Source of the DNA: Octopus bimaculoides
Taxonomy: Eukaryota
DNA length: 41,570 bases
Direction: 5' to 3'
Assembly (NCBI RefSeq): GCF_001194135.2
Contig: NC_068994.1
Coordinates: forward strand, 6,737,965 to 6,779,534
Below are positions 1 through 10,103 of this stretch, piece after piece (positions within the stretch are counted from its first letter, which is position 1; every line of letters starts with the position of its first letter). Below the pieces are notes generated by a model. That model saw only the letters and a program-made list of their open reading frames with translations, ran no database searches and was not told where the DNA came from. The translations under genes were made by a program, and so were the position numbers.

Positions 1-1
1 A

Positions 2-350
2 TATTGCAATAGATTAAGGTTCATAGGGCCACAGGTCTTCAATACCCTGTCACAAGAATTAAGAAACCTACACAATATGGACGTGAATGTCTTCATAAAA
101 GAAACTAGACATTCTCCTCTCCAGAATACCGGATGAACCAACAGCCAGACATGAGGAACATATGAGGGCAGCGGTGTCAAACTCCCTCAAATATCAAATG
201 GGCCAACAACCAGGGCAAAAGCACATACAGGATTGGTGATATGAAATTCCATCACCCTGACGAAATCACCCAAAGAAGAAGCGTATGAAAAAATCCAAAA
301 TCTCGGTGATACGTCTAGCATGACCGCAGCCGACTGAAGCGAATAAAAGA
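2..350 (+). mobile_element. 3' end of a CR1/Jockey-group LINE (ORF2 C-terminus, one frameshift, plus 3' UTR)
   Basis: Frame 2 reads YCNRLRFIGPQVFNTLSQELRNLHNMDVNVF. After a 1-nt shift near 95-100 it continues KLDILLSRIPDEPTARHEEHMRAAVSNSLKYQ, resembling the GPRLFN.LP..LR / FK..LD.FL..IPDEP / RAA.SNSL C-terminus of invertebrate CR1-like ORF2. It ends in agcatgaccgcagccgactgaagcgaataaaaga. Confidence 0.75.
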
Positions 351-551
351 ACATGTTATTCTAGTTCAATGGAGATTTCATACACAAAACGTGATACAAA
401 GGTAACGTTTTGCGTAAGTTTTGGAGCTTTCTCCCTACACTCGTTTTAACCTATGAGGGGTATTTACAAGGGGCTGGCACCAGTTTACTGTCCATACAGT
501 ATGTTATTGTGTGAAAATTCTTCTTGTTATTGTCTGCATGGGTTTCCATAA

Positions 552-719
552 TCAAATCGCTGCCGTTTCAGGACTGTTGGTTGTGCTAGGCTTCCTTAGT
601 ATCATCTTTAAATATGGACGCTTGTGACTGCAAAACGCCTTTCTTATAAGAAACACAGCTGCCTGGTGACTGACGCAACGAATATCTTCATCTTCAATCG
701 AAATTAACGTCATCCCAGG
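552..719 (-). CDS. whirlin/PDZD7-like gene, terminal coding exon (second half of PDZ domain)
   Basis: Acceptor tttttgcag| then PGMTLISIEDEDIRCVSHQAAVFLIRKAFCSHKRPYLKMILRKPSTTNSPETAAI*, phase 0. Matches PDZ betaD-alphaB-betaF and resembles the PDZD7/whirlin PDZ3 pattern (TH..AV..IR.A(Y/F)). Confidence 0.9.
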   Translation of the reverse strand, partial: PGMTLISIEDEDIRCVSHQAAVFLIRKAFCSHKRPYLKMILRKPSTTNSPETAAI

Positions 720-784
720 CTGCAAAAACATAGGAATACGTAGATATACATGAAATGTGTTCAAAAGTGAGTACACGAGACAAT

Positions 785-999
785 ATTCTTTTCTACTCTA
801 GGCACAAGGCCCGGAACTTTTTGGGGAGAGGGCCCAGCCAATTAGATCGACCCAGTACGCAACTGGTACTTAATTTATCGACCCCGAAAAGACGAAAGGC
901 AAAGTAAACCTCGGCATAATTTGAACTCAAAACGTAAAGACAGACAAAATACCGCTAAGTATTTCGCCCGGCGTGTTAACGTTTCTGCCAGCTCGCCGC
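785..999 (-). mobile_element. SINE family A, full length
   Basis: tRNA-like head with B-box (gttcaaat) and central gcctttcgtcttttcggggtcgataaattaagtaccag; near-identical to 6893-7104 in opposite orientation. Confidence 0.9.
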
Positions 1000-1030
1000 G
1001 CTGTACACGGCCAATATTGTCAAATATATG

Positions 1031-1056
1031 TGTTTAGGTATGTATGTATGCATGTG

Positions 1057-1088
<32 letters not shown>

Positions 1089-1200
1089 TGTATGTATGTA
1101 CGCGTGCATGTATGTATGTATGTATGTATGCATGCATGCAAGTAGGTATGTATGTAAAAAAAGTATGCATGCATGTATTATGCATGTATGTATACAGACA
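1031..1200. repeat. (TATG)n compound microsatellite
   Basis: Directly visible; source of spurious MYVC/HTYI ORFs. Confidence 0.95.
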
Positions 1201-1382
1201 CAGATATATTTTTCTCGATACGATCGTCAAAGACACTAATCAACAACTTTCGAAAAATTTTTCTTTTAAAAGAAGTTTGCTACAAAACGGAAAGAAGATG
1301 GCGAATCTCCGTTCTTTAAATTTCTCTTATATGTTATTTTTCTCTGTCAAAAATTTAACAAGTTAAAAGTAATAGATAACTC

Positions 1383-1448
1383 GCGTTTCTTTTACTGTGA
1401 TGGTCACAGTAAAAGAAACGCTAATCTATCTATCTATCTATCTATCTA

Positions 1449-1479
<31 letters not shown>

Positions 1480-1500
1480 GTCTATCTATCTATCTATCCA
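1383..1500. repeat. perfect 18-bp hairpin followed by (CTAT/CTGT)n
   Basis: gcgtttcttttactgtga-tgg-tcacagtaaaagaaacgc at 1383-1421, then a tetranucleotide array. Confidence 0.85.
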
Positions 1501-2593
1501 TCTACTGTTTTTTTTTACCTCGATCTCTCACCGAACGCTCAAGTAAACTAGACGACTCACAGTGACTGTCCACTTCAGCTTCCCCCCCACCCACCATTCA
1601 CCGCTTTCAGATGATAGTTGAATGATGATTTACTTACAGCCATTTTAAAATTCATTTTATTATTGAACAGTTTGACACAAATGAAAAACGGGTAATTTCA
1701 CGAAGACAAGCAGCAACGCCACAGCAGTGTTCTATCACTGTTTTTACNNNNNNNNNNNNNNNNNNNNNNNNNNNNNNNNNNNNNNNNNNNNNNNNNNNNN
1801 NNNNNNNNNNNNNNNNNNNNNNNNNNNNNNNNNNNNNNNNNNNNNNNNNNNNNNNNNNNNNNNNNNNNNNNNNNNNNNNNNNNNNNNNNNNNNNNNNNNN
1901 NNNNNNNNNNNNNNNNNNNNNNNNNNNNNNNNNNNNNNNNNNNNNNNNNNNNNNNNNNNNNNNNNNNNNNNNNNNNNNNNNNNNNNNNNNNNNNNNNNNN
2001 NNNNNNNNNNNNNNNNNNNNNNNNNNNNNNNNNNNNNNNNNNNNNNNNNNNNNNNNNNNNNNNNNNNNNNNNNNNNNNNNNNNNNNNATATATGTACTTA
2101 GACACACGCATATATATTTCTCAGTACAATCGTTAAAAGACATTAGACTACCACTTTCAAAAATAATTTTAAAAATCTTCTTACAAACTTAAAAGAACAT
2201 GATGGACCTCTGTTGCTTAAATTTCTCTTGAGGAAACCTACGAATAAATATTCGCTTTTCTCGTGTTCACTCACGCTCATTGTATAGGGTTGGCGATCCA
2301 TTAGCCGTAAAGACTTTTACTGGCCAAAGACAATTCATTACAGCAGGAGGATTCCACAGGCATCACAGTTATGAAAACGTTACATTCTCTAAAATTATTA
2401 TGTTCACAGACATTTCATTATTAAAATTTCATATCTGTGATTTGTTGTATATAATGTTTAAAAAGAAAAACGGTTAAAATGTAATATATATTGATCTATT
2501 AAATGTTTTTTTGATAATATTTCAGTATTATTATTTTATCTTCATTTATTTAATTCTTTGTTGAATAATCTGTATATTCCAATGAAACATTCA

Positions 2594-2775
2594 CCGTACT
2601 AGATTCACTTGAACGTTTAGATTTAATTTGTCAAAATATTTTCGTCGCTTTGAAACGGTGATCTGTTCACTGATAAAATTCTGTGCGGGTCCGTGAACAG
2701 CACGAAATTTTGTCGCGGTTTTAAATCTAAATGTCAAAGTGAATCTAACGGTTTTTGTGTGTTTATTAATGACTT
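2594..2775. mobile_element. palindromic repeat family E (degenerate copy) with hammerhead-like motif on minus strand
   Basis: Homologous to 22900-23283. Inverted arms gattcactt (2602) and aagtgaatc (2737). Minus strand 2625-2680 reads tttatca-gtgaaca-g-atcac..gcgac-gaaa-atat-tt-tgacaaa. Confidence 0.75.
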
Positions 2776-2966
2776 CCGTAAATGGGTTATAAACACGTTC
2801 TCTTTTGCCGAACTACTAGGTTACAGGGACGTAAAAGCGCCACCACTGGTAATCAAACAGTACCCTATATATTGGTACTCAACCATGAAGCATAATAGTC
2901 ATAATAAATGAAGTCATAAAATCCAAATGCGATGCCACAAAATAGTTAAATTAATAGAATACTTAC

Positions 2967-3061
2967 TAGAATTTTCTGAGTCTGTGCAGCTGCTCCTCCC
3001 GGATGAACGCTTTCTATTAAGACCGGATTACAGGGATCGGATCCACGAGTAACACTTATTC
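2967..3061 (-). CDS. whirlin/PDZD7-like gene, internal PDZ exon
   Basis: Acceptor tttacatttcag|, donor |gtaagt, 95 nt, phase 1 to 0. Encodes (G)ISVTRGSDPCNPVLIESVHPGGAAAQTQKIL, i.e. PDZ betaB-betaC-alphaA. Confidence 0.9.
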
Positions 3062-3120
3062 CTGAAATGTAAAGAATAATTCCATATCATTCCTCATATT
3101 GTTCATGGTGAATTACACTC

Positions 3121-3230
3121 CTACCTACCTACCTACCTACCTACCTACCTACCTACCTACCTACCTACCTACCTACCCACCTACCTACCTACCTACCTAC
3201 CTACCTATCTATCTATCTATCTATCTATCT
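3121..3230. repeat. (CCTA)n(CTAT)n microsatellite
   Basis: Directly visible. Confidence 0.95.
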
Positions 3231-3271
3231 ATAGTAAAATTGACAAAAAGAGTACAGTGACTTTGCCGCGA

Positions 3272-3488
3272 GGAGTGGAGAAGCCAGCGTTTCGGAGATA
3301 GTCCCTCTTCAGGGAAAAGATAACTGGAAAGGAGTTAATAAGAGACAGTAAAATTTTACGTCCTATAAATTGCAGCTAGTTTTTGTAACTATAGAACATA
3401 AAACGTTATGGTCTCTCGTTCCTTTGTCTCCTGTCAACCTTTTGTTGAAGAAAGTTTTTCTCCGAAACGTTGGCGTCTTCACTTCTCA
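3272..3488. mobile_element. inverted-repeat element with Penelope-type hammerhead-like ends
   Basis: gagtggagaagccagcgtttcggaga (3273) is the reverse complement of tctccgaaacgttggcgtcttcacttctc (3459). Each arm carries (c/t)tgaaga...ctcc-gaaa-cg. Confidence 0.6.
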
Positions 3489-3555
3489 CTGCAAATTCAT
3501 TGTAAATCTTTCTGTCGATTCTACTAAATAATACAAGTCTTGCCGGGGCATATCA

Positions 3556-3861
<306 letters not shown>

Positions 3862-4108
3862 TTACAACTAACTAGTGGTAATGCCTTCGTTACACGCTGG
3901 TGTATGCATATGTGCATATGACTAGCAGAAGAATATTGTTCAGGGATTGGTTATTCAAGTTAGAGAGCATATTTCTGTGTAGCTAGACTTTGATTTCGAA
4001 TGTCTCTGTGTTTTAGCTAATTAATCCCTGTAAACTAGATATTTTTCCTTCCAATCGACCAGTATCATTAATTCGTATTTTTACACGGTAGAATAATTCT
4101 CATTATAA

Positions 4109-4442
4109 ATCGACCCTAGGCCCTATTCTTTGTAAGCCTGGTACTTATTCTATCAGTCTCTTTGGCCGAACCGCCAAGTTACAGGAACATAAACACACCA
4201 ACATCGGTTGTCAAGCGATGGTGTGAGGACAAGTACAGACACAAAGACACACGCATAAACGTTTACACACACACACACACACACACAAACACATACGACA
4301 GGCTTCTTTCAGTTTCTGTCTACTAAATCCACTCACAAGGCTTTGGTCGGCCCGAGGCTATAGTAGAAGTTATTTTGCCCAAGGTGCCACGCTGTGGGAC
4401 TGAACCCGAAACCATGTGGTTGGGAAGCAAACTTCTTACCAC
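4109..4442 (-). mobile_element. SINE family B (CORE-like body, internal microsatellite), tail-truncated
   Basis: Minus strand: gtggtaagaagtttgcttcccaaccacatggtttcgggttcagtccc (A/B boxes), ggcaccttgggcaaaataacttctactatagcc, a (TG)n spacer, then the cgcttgacaaccgatg body. Confidence 0.9.
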
Positions 4443-4508
4443 ATATAATATAGTTAGATGAACAGACAGACTGACGTTCTTCGGTGTTTTCAAGAATGTG
4501 TTGCTTAC

Positions 4509-4573
4509 CTAACGTCGGATTGTTCTTGGACACGTAGACTGTTATCAGCTTCTCAAGTTCATCATCGTTGCTG
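4509..4573 (-). CDS. whirlin/PDZD7-like gene, exon with start of PDZ domain
   Basis: Acceptor cttctatttcacag|, donor AG|gtaag, 65 nt, phase 2 to 1. Encodes (C)SNDDELEKLITVYVSKNNPTL(G): betaA plus the carboxylate-binding loop TLGI. Confidence 0.9.
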
Positions 4574-5134
4574 CTGTGAAATAGAAGTGGAAGATTTTGC
4601 TAAATATTCTGCAAAATAGCAATGATGCGTGGTACTCTGACCAGAGCTTTGTTAACGCCGATTACGAATGGCCATGTCATTGTACTTTAAGGAATCTTTT
4701 GTTATATCAACATATTATTTTAACAAGTGACATAATTTGGCTAACACCGCTCGCATGTTTTCCGACTCCCAGGCAAACAGTTCGTTATTGTTCATATTTC
4801 TATTCTGTTAATCCAACGCAATATTTATTTCAATGACTCTACTTAAATAACTTCCTTCCTCCTTTTGTTTCTGTTATTCCAATAAATCTTCTCTCTTTGA
4901 ATGCAAACATAGGACTTTAGATAATTATTTATCATATTTATCCTCAACTCATTCACTACAAAAAGAAGTATGTGAATCCATGTGCTAAAATATGAGTCAC
5001 TTCCCTTTCACTTTGTCTATACACAGCAAACCGAACGAAAGTTTTTTTTTAGTTTAATCACATGTTCATTCAAATGAATTTTTAGATTATTTTTAAACGC
5101 AAAAGGCATTTCTCAGTCATTCTGCGTTACTCAC

Positions 5135-5240
5135 CATTTATAATGTTTTGGCCTCACTTTTTTCATCTGTTCTGACATCTGAAGTTGTAGTTCGAGTTGT
5201 CTTCTCCTGAACTGCACCTCCCTCAGCAGCGGCTGGTCAA
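5135..5240 (-). CDS. whirlin/PDZD7-like gene, internal exon (helical linker)
   Basis: Acceptor cctaccattgcag|, donor |gtgagt, 106 nt, phase 1 to 2. Encodes DQPLLREVQFRRRQLELQLQMSEQMKKVRPKHYK; phase joins 4509-4573. Confidence 0.8.
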
Positions 5241-5384
5241 CTGCAATGGTAGGCAGGAATGGTAGACGAAGGCTCTTACTGATTCAGTAGGGGCTTGAAA
5301 TATTTACATTACTGATTGATTGATTGTTGTTGCTGATGATAGTGTTGTTGTTGATTTTTCTCTTTCTTTTTGTTTGTTTCCGCT

Positions 5385-5662
5385 TCTTTCAAGCATTGGA
5401 CTGCGGCCATGCTGGAGCACCACCATGAAAAGCTTTAGTCGAACAAATCAACTCCCCCCTTTATTTTTAAAGTCTGGTACTTATTCTATCGATCATTTTA
5501 TCCGAACCGCTATGTTACGGGGGCGTAAACAAACCAACGCCGGTTGTCAAATGGTGTTGGAGGGACAAACACACGCACGCACACACATACAAACATGAAC
5601 ACACACTGTTACACACATAGACACACAGACAAACAAACACAGACACAGACAATCATATACAC
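5385..5662 (-). mobile_element. SINE family B, 3' half (head lost in gap)
   Basis: Contains ggactgcggccatgctggagcaccacc and gtacttattctatcg..ccgaaccgct..ggttgtcaa. Confidence 0.85.
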
Positions 5663-5924
5663 NNNNNNNNNNNNNNNNNNNNNNNNNNNNNNNNNNNNNN
5701 NNNNNNNNNNNNNNNNNNNNNNNNNNNNNNNNNNNNNNNNTTATATTCCACGTTCATGTTTTGTATTTGTTTTAATTTTCTTGAATCTCAACTTATGATT
5801 ACGTTATGTATTCTGTCCATCGTTTTTCAATACGTATGGAAATGTAATTGAAAGGGAGATTTGGCTGTTATTTCTAGTAGGCCAGGTGACAGCGCAGGGG
5901 CTTGTTCATTGCGTTGCAGTGAGT

Positions 5925-6395
5925 GTGCGAGTGTGTGTGTGTGTATGTGTGTGTGTGTGTATGAGAGAGAGAGAGAGAGAGAGAGAGAAACTTGCGTTTG
6001 AATGTGTCTGAGTATGTGTATGCGTGCGTGTGTGTGTGTGTGTGTGTGTGTGCTTCAATAAGGGTGCGGATGTGAGTGTACTTTGTGTGTGATTTTGCGT
6101 GTGTTTGTATGTGTGTACCTTTTGGTGTGTGTACTAATGTGTGTACGTGTGTGCGTGCATGTGTGTGTGTCCATGTATGTGTGTGCTTGTGTGTATGTGC
6201 TTGTCAGTGTGCACATGTGTTTGAGTGTGTATGTGTGTGCGTGTGTCTGTTTGTGTGTGTGCGTGCGTGTATGTGTATGTATGTGCTGATATGTGTGTAT
6301 GCACTATGTAAGTGTGTGCTTTTGTATGTGTGTATATGTGCGTGCACGTGTGTTTCCATGTGTATGCTTTTCGTTTGAGCCTTTGTGTGAATGTA

Positions 6396-6458
<63 letters not shown>
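5925..6458. repeat. (TG)n-rich degenerate microsatellite block
   Basis: Directly visible; runs into an N gap. Confidence 0.95.
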
Positions 6459-6726
6459 NNNNNNNNNNNNNNNNNNNNNNNNNNNNNNNNNNNNNNNNNN
6501 NNNNNNNNNNNNNNNNNNNNNNNNNNNNNNNNNNNNNNNNNNNNNNNNNNNNNNNNNNNNNNNNNNNNNNNNNNNNNNNNNNNNNNNNNNNNNNNNNNNN
6601 NNNNNNNNNNNNNNNNNNNNNNNNNNNNNNNNNNNNNNNNNNNNNNNNNNNNNNNNNNNNNNNNNNNNNNNNNNNNNNNNNNNNNNNNNNNNNNNNNNNN
6701 NNNNNNNNNNNNNNNNNNNNNNNNNN

Positions 6727-6792
6727 TCCTTGTTGCGATGTCTCGCCAGTGCAGCGTCGAACTGGTCGCAATGAAACGGTGATATGGCTTCT
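6727..6792 (-). CDS. whirlin/PDZD7-like gene, exon ending the HHD (3' end hidden in gap)
   Basis: Acceptor attcgcctttcag|, phase 2. Encodes (R)EAISPFHCDQFDAALARHRNK then Ns; resembles whirlin HHD2 VRGTISPQDLERFD. Confidence 0.85.
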
Positions 6793-6892
6793 CTGAAAGG
6801 CGAATATGTTAAATATATATTTAAAAAATAAAACGTATGTGTAACGGTAAAATTGTAACGGTTAAACTGTAATATGTAGAATTGGTAGACAC

Positions 6893-7104
6893 GGCGAGCT
6901 GGCAGAAACTTTAGCACGCCGGGCGAAATGCTTAGCGGTATTTCGTTTGTCTTTACGTTCTGAGTTTAAATTCTGTCGAGGTGGACTTTGCCTTTCATCC
7001 TTTCGGGGTCGATTAATTAAGTACCAGTTGTGTACTGGAGTCGATCTAATCGACTGGCCCCCTCCCCCAAAATATCGGGCCTTGTGCCTAGAGTAGAAAA
7101 GAAT
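6893..7104 (+). mobile_element. SINE family A, full length
   Basis: ggcgagctggcagaaactttagcacgccgggcgaaatg...cctttcatcctttcggggtcgat...gccttgtgcctagagtagaaaagaat. Confidence 0.9.
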
Positions 7105-7384
7105 ATGTAGAGTTCACCAAATGTATCTGTACAATCGTAGAATGAAGTTCTATAAATCTAATCATATTTGTCAAAAATGGAGGAGGTAAGATATTAAAAA
7201 GTTGTAAGAAGTTTATTCATGCATGCGATCGTTTCATACATAGACATAAATTCATTCCCAGAATTTGCAAATATCAAAGTACTCATCAGTGCAGAAAAAA
7301 ATAGGAACTTAAAAATGAGCAGAGAAGTTGGACCAATGAGTTTCATGTCTATTTGTTCCTATCCCTGTGTAATTGTGATGGGAG

Positions 7385-7473
7385 CGGCGGAATTTGAACT
7401 CAGAACGTAAAGACAGACGAAATACTGCTAAGCATTTCGTCCGGCGTGCTAACGTTTCTGCCAGCTCGCCACC
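7385..7473 (-). mobile_element. SINE family A, tRNA-like head only
   Basis: ggcggaatttgaactcagaacgtaaagacagacgaaatactgctaagc...ccagctcgcc. Confidence 0.85.
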
Positions 7474-7619
7474 TTAGAGAGTAAACAATATTGTTACTTT
7501 ACAGGGAATGGCCTCCCTGAAGTGACGCAGTTTGTAGTAATTATAGTAATAAGGCGTAAATATTATGTAACAGAGATTATTTATGAAAAAGAAAATAAAG
7601 AACAAAAACAAAAACTCAC

Positions 7620-7711
7620 CGTACTTGAACGAACAGCTGGCGTTTATGGCCTATATTTAGTATATCATACAACTGGCTGACAAGCAATTCAACATCGTTA
7701 CTTTTACAATA
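7620..7711 (-). CDS. whirlin/PDZD7-like gene, HHD exon
   Basis: Acceptor ttttcgttgtttcag|, donor |gtgagt, 92 nt, phase 0 to 2. Encodes YCKSNDVELLVSQLYDILNIGHKRQLFVQV(R), the harmonin-homology-domain pattern. Confidence 0.9.
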
Positions 7712-7772
7712 CTGAAACAACGAAAATAGTGTCATCACAATTCTTAATATTTAATATAATATGATACAATTA

Positions 7773-7984
7773 TTCCTACTCAAGGCACAAGGCCTTGGAA
7801 ATTTTGGGGAAAGGGGGCTAGTCGATTACATCGACCCCAGTGCATAACTGGTGCTTATTTCATCGATCTCGATTGGATGAAAGGTAAAGTCAACCTCGGC
7901 GGAATTTGAACTCAGAACGTAGCGGCAGACGAAATACCACTAAGCATTTCGCCCGGCGTGCTAACGTTTCTGCCAGCTCACCGC
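7773..7984 (-). mobile_element. SINE family A, full length
   Basis: Same consensus as 785-999. Confidence 0.9.
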
Positions 7985-8368
7985 TTTCTTTATTTCAAAT
8001 TTTTGCCACAAGGGCAGCTTGTGTGTGTGTGTGTGNNNNNNNNNNNNNNNNNNNNNNNNNNNNNNNNNNNNNNNNNNNNNNNNNNNNNNNNNNNNNNNNN
8101 NNNNNNNNNNNNNNNNNNNNNNNNNNNNNNNNNNNNNNNNNNNNNNNNNNNNNNNNNNNNNNNNNNNNNNNNNNNNNNNNNNNNNNNNNNNNNNNNNNNN
8201 NNNNNNNNNNNNNNNNNNNNNNNNNNNNNNNNNNNNNNNNNNNNNNNNNNNNNNNNNNNNNNNNNNNNNNNNNNNNNNNNNNNNNNNNNNNNNNNNNNNN
8301 NNNNNNNNNNNNNNNNNNNNNNNNNNNNNNNNNNNNNNNNNNNNNNNNNNNNNNNNNNNNNNNNNNNA

Positions 8369-8461
8369 AAATAAATACCAGTTAAGCTCTGGAATCGATG
8401 AAATCAATTTACACCCCACACCCCACGAACTTGCTCGCCTTGTGCCAAATTTTGAACTCAA
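8369..8461 (+). mobile_element. SINE family A, diverged 3' half after gap
   Basis: aaataaataccagttaagctctggaatcgat...ccttgtgccaaattttgaactc. Confidence 0.6.
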
Positions 8462-8465
8462 TACG

Positions 8466-8655
8466 TGGTTGTGTGGTAAGAAGCTTGCTTCCCAACCACA
8501 TGGTTCCCCGGGTTCAGTCCCACTGCGTGGCACGTTGGGCAAGTGTCTTCTACTATAGCCTCGAGCCAACCAAAGCCTTGTGAGTGGATTTGGTAGACGG
8601 AAACTGAAATAAGCCAGTCATATATATGTGTGTGTGTGTGTGTGTGTGTATGTAT
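8466..8655 (+). mobile_element. SINE family B, 5' half
   Basis: gtggttgtgtggtaagaagcttgcttcccaaccacatggttcc..gggttcagtcccactgcgtggcacgttgggcaagtgtcttctactatagcc, ending in (TG)n. Confidence 0.9.
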
Positions 8656-8870
8656 CATATTGAAGTGAAAAAGTAGTGTTTGGTATAGGTACAGGCATGG
8701 CTGTGTGATTAAAAAAAGCATGTTTTATAATTAAGTGGTTTCGGGTTCAGTCTCACAGGGCGACACCTGTATTTTATTTTACCAAGTCCAAATGCATGAA
8801 AGGCAAAAATCGACCTCAACGCCATCAAAACTCACATTATAAAAAAAGCATTTTCTAATCAGTGACTTAC

Positions 8871-9025
8871 TTCATACATGAAATGCATCACCAACTTCAT
8901 CTCTTCAACGTTCAGTAAAATGGCCGCCATCTTCTCGAGGCTGTTGAAAGGGCTGTCCTTTGTTTTCTTCCTTAATGCAATTTTCGGGCTCACATCAATC
9001 ACTCCAGCGTTCTTTATGTGAGGCC
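8871..9025 (-). CDS. whirlin/PDZD7-like gene, exon with start of HHD
   Basis: Acceptor tcttgtttatag|, donor |gtaagt, 155 nt, phase 1 to 0. Encodes PHIKNAGVIDVSPKIALRKKTKDSPFNSLEKMAAILLNVEEMKLVMHFMYE; compare whirlin LEEQARHLLNEQE. Confidence 0.88.
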
Positions 9026-9169
9026 CTATAAACAAGATAATCAAGATGTGAGGGTCTATAAACGAGAGACATTAAACCTTTACATTATTTACATTTGAAC
9101 TTAATACTGCTTCCATTTGTTAGTAATAAATTTTTACGCTGCTTATCCGCTAACCACGACACTAAAGTG

Positions 9170-9480
9170 GTCATCCGTCGGTTGGTTACGACGATGAGGA
9201 TTTCAGTTGATCCGACCGATGGAACAAGCTCCTCGTGAAATTAACGCGTAAGTGAGTGAGCATTCCACAGACACGCGCATTCTTCATGTAGTTCTCGGGG
9301 AGATTCAGCGTGACACAGAATGTGACAAGGCCGCTCCTTTTGAAGTACAGGTACAACTAATTTTTGCCAGCAACATGAAATAATGTGTCTTCTTCAAGGA
9401 CATAACGCGCTGCTGGGAATCGAACACATGACCTTACGATTGGGAAGCGAACACCCTAACCACTAAGTCACACCTCTTCA
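9170..9480 (-). mobile_element. SINE family C1
   Basis: Minus-strand tRNA-like head (gacttagtggttaggg...gttcgattccc), tgtccttgaagaagacac, and tail shared with 37108-37439. Confidence 0.85.
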
Positions 9481-9821
9481 CAAGTGACTTGTTAATCACT
9501 GTTTTTCTATATCAGTGGAGGCTAGATTTATAAAATCATGTGGATGCCGGTGGATAACAACTGTTGATGATGCTCAATGAAGGTGAAATGTAGATTTAGC
9601 AATCCCACCACCGCTGCTGGACGCTTTTCGTTTGCTACTAATATATTTCTGTGCTTTTTAGCATTATACGCCTATACAAGATACTTTCTCAAGACGAATA
9701 CCACAGTTTTATGGCTTTCTATGGTATAACCATTTTAAGTAAGATATACAGAATGCTATTTTGAACAAATACTACTTTGGTCGTAAATAGCGAATAATGC
9801 ATAGAGATTTCTAGAACTTAC

Positions 9822-10058
9822 CAGGTGAAGAAGGCGTTCGCGTTGACATGCTCCTTTTCTTGGCCAGCCGTCTACCCAGACTTCCGTAGTTACTCTGGTT
9901 TTCATTTCGGTCAGACATAGAGAGGTCTTCCGATGAAGGGACCGTCAGATCTTTATCGTTCTCTGAAACCATATGAAAGGAGTCGTTCACAGGAGTTTGG
10001 GCAAAGCAACTGCAGATAATGGAGGTCAAATTTGCTGGCAGCAAGGGTTTGTGAAGAA
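9822..10058 (-). CDS. whirlin/PDZD7-like gene, low-complexity exon
   Basis: Acceptor atatggttttag|, donor G|gtaagt, 237 nt, phase 1 to 1, open: LHKPLLPANLTS...RRLAKKRSMSTRTPSSP. An alternative phase-2 acceptor exists at 10010. Confidence 0.75.
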
Positions 10059-10103
10059 CTAAAACCATATACAACAACAACAACAACAACAACAGCAACA
10101 ACA

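Noticed and set aside
5241-5280. Upstream phase-2 acceptor (aatcag|t) that would join exon 7620 directly to exon 5135
   Set aside because: The exon at 6727-6792 supplies the expected HHD ending, and the extension peptide has no family resemblance.
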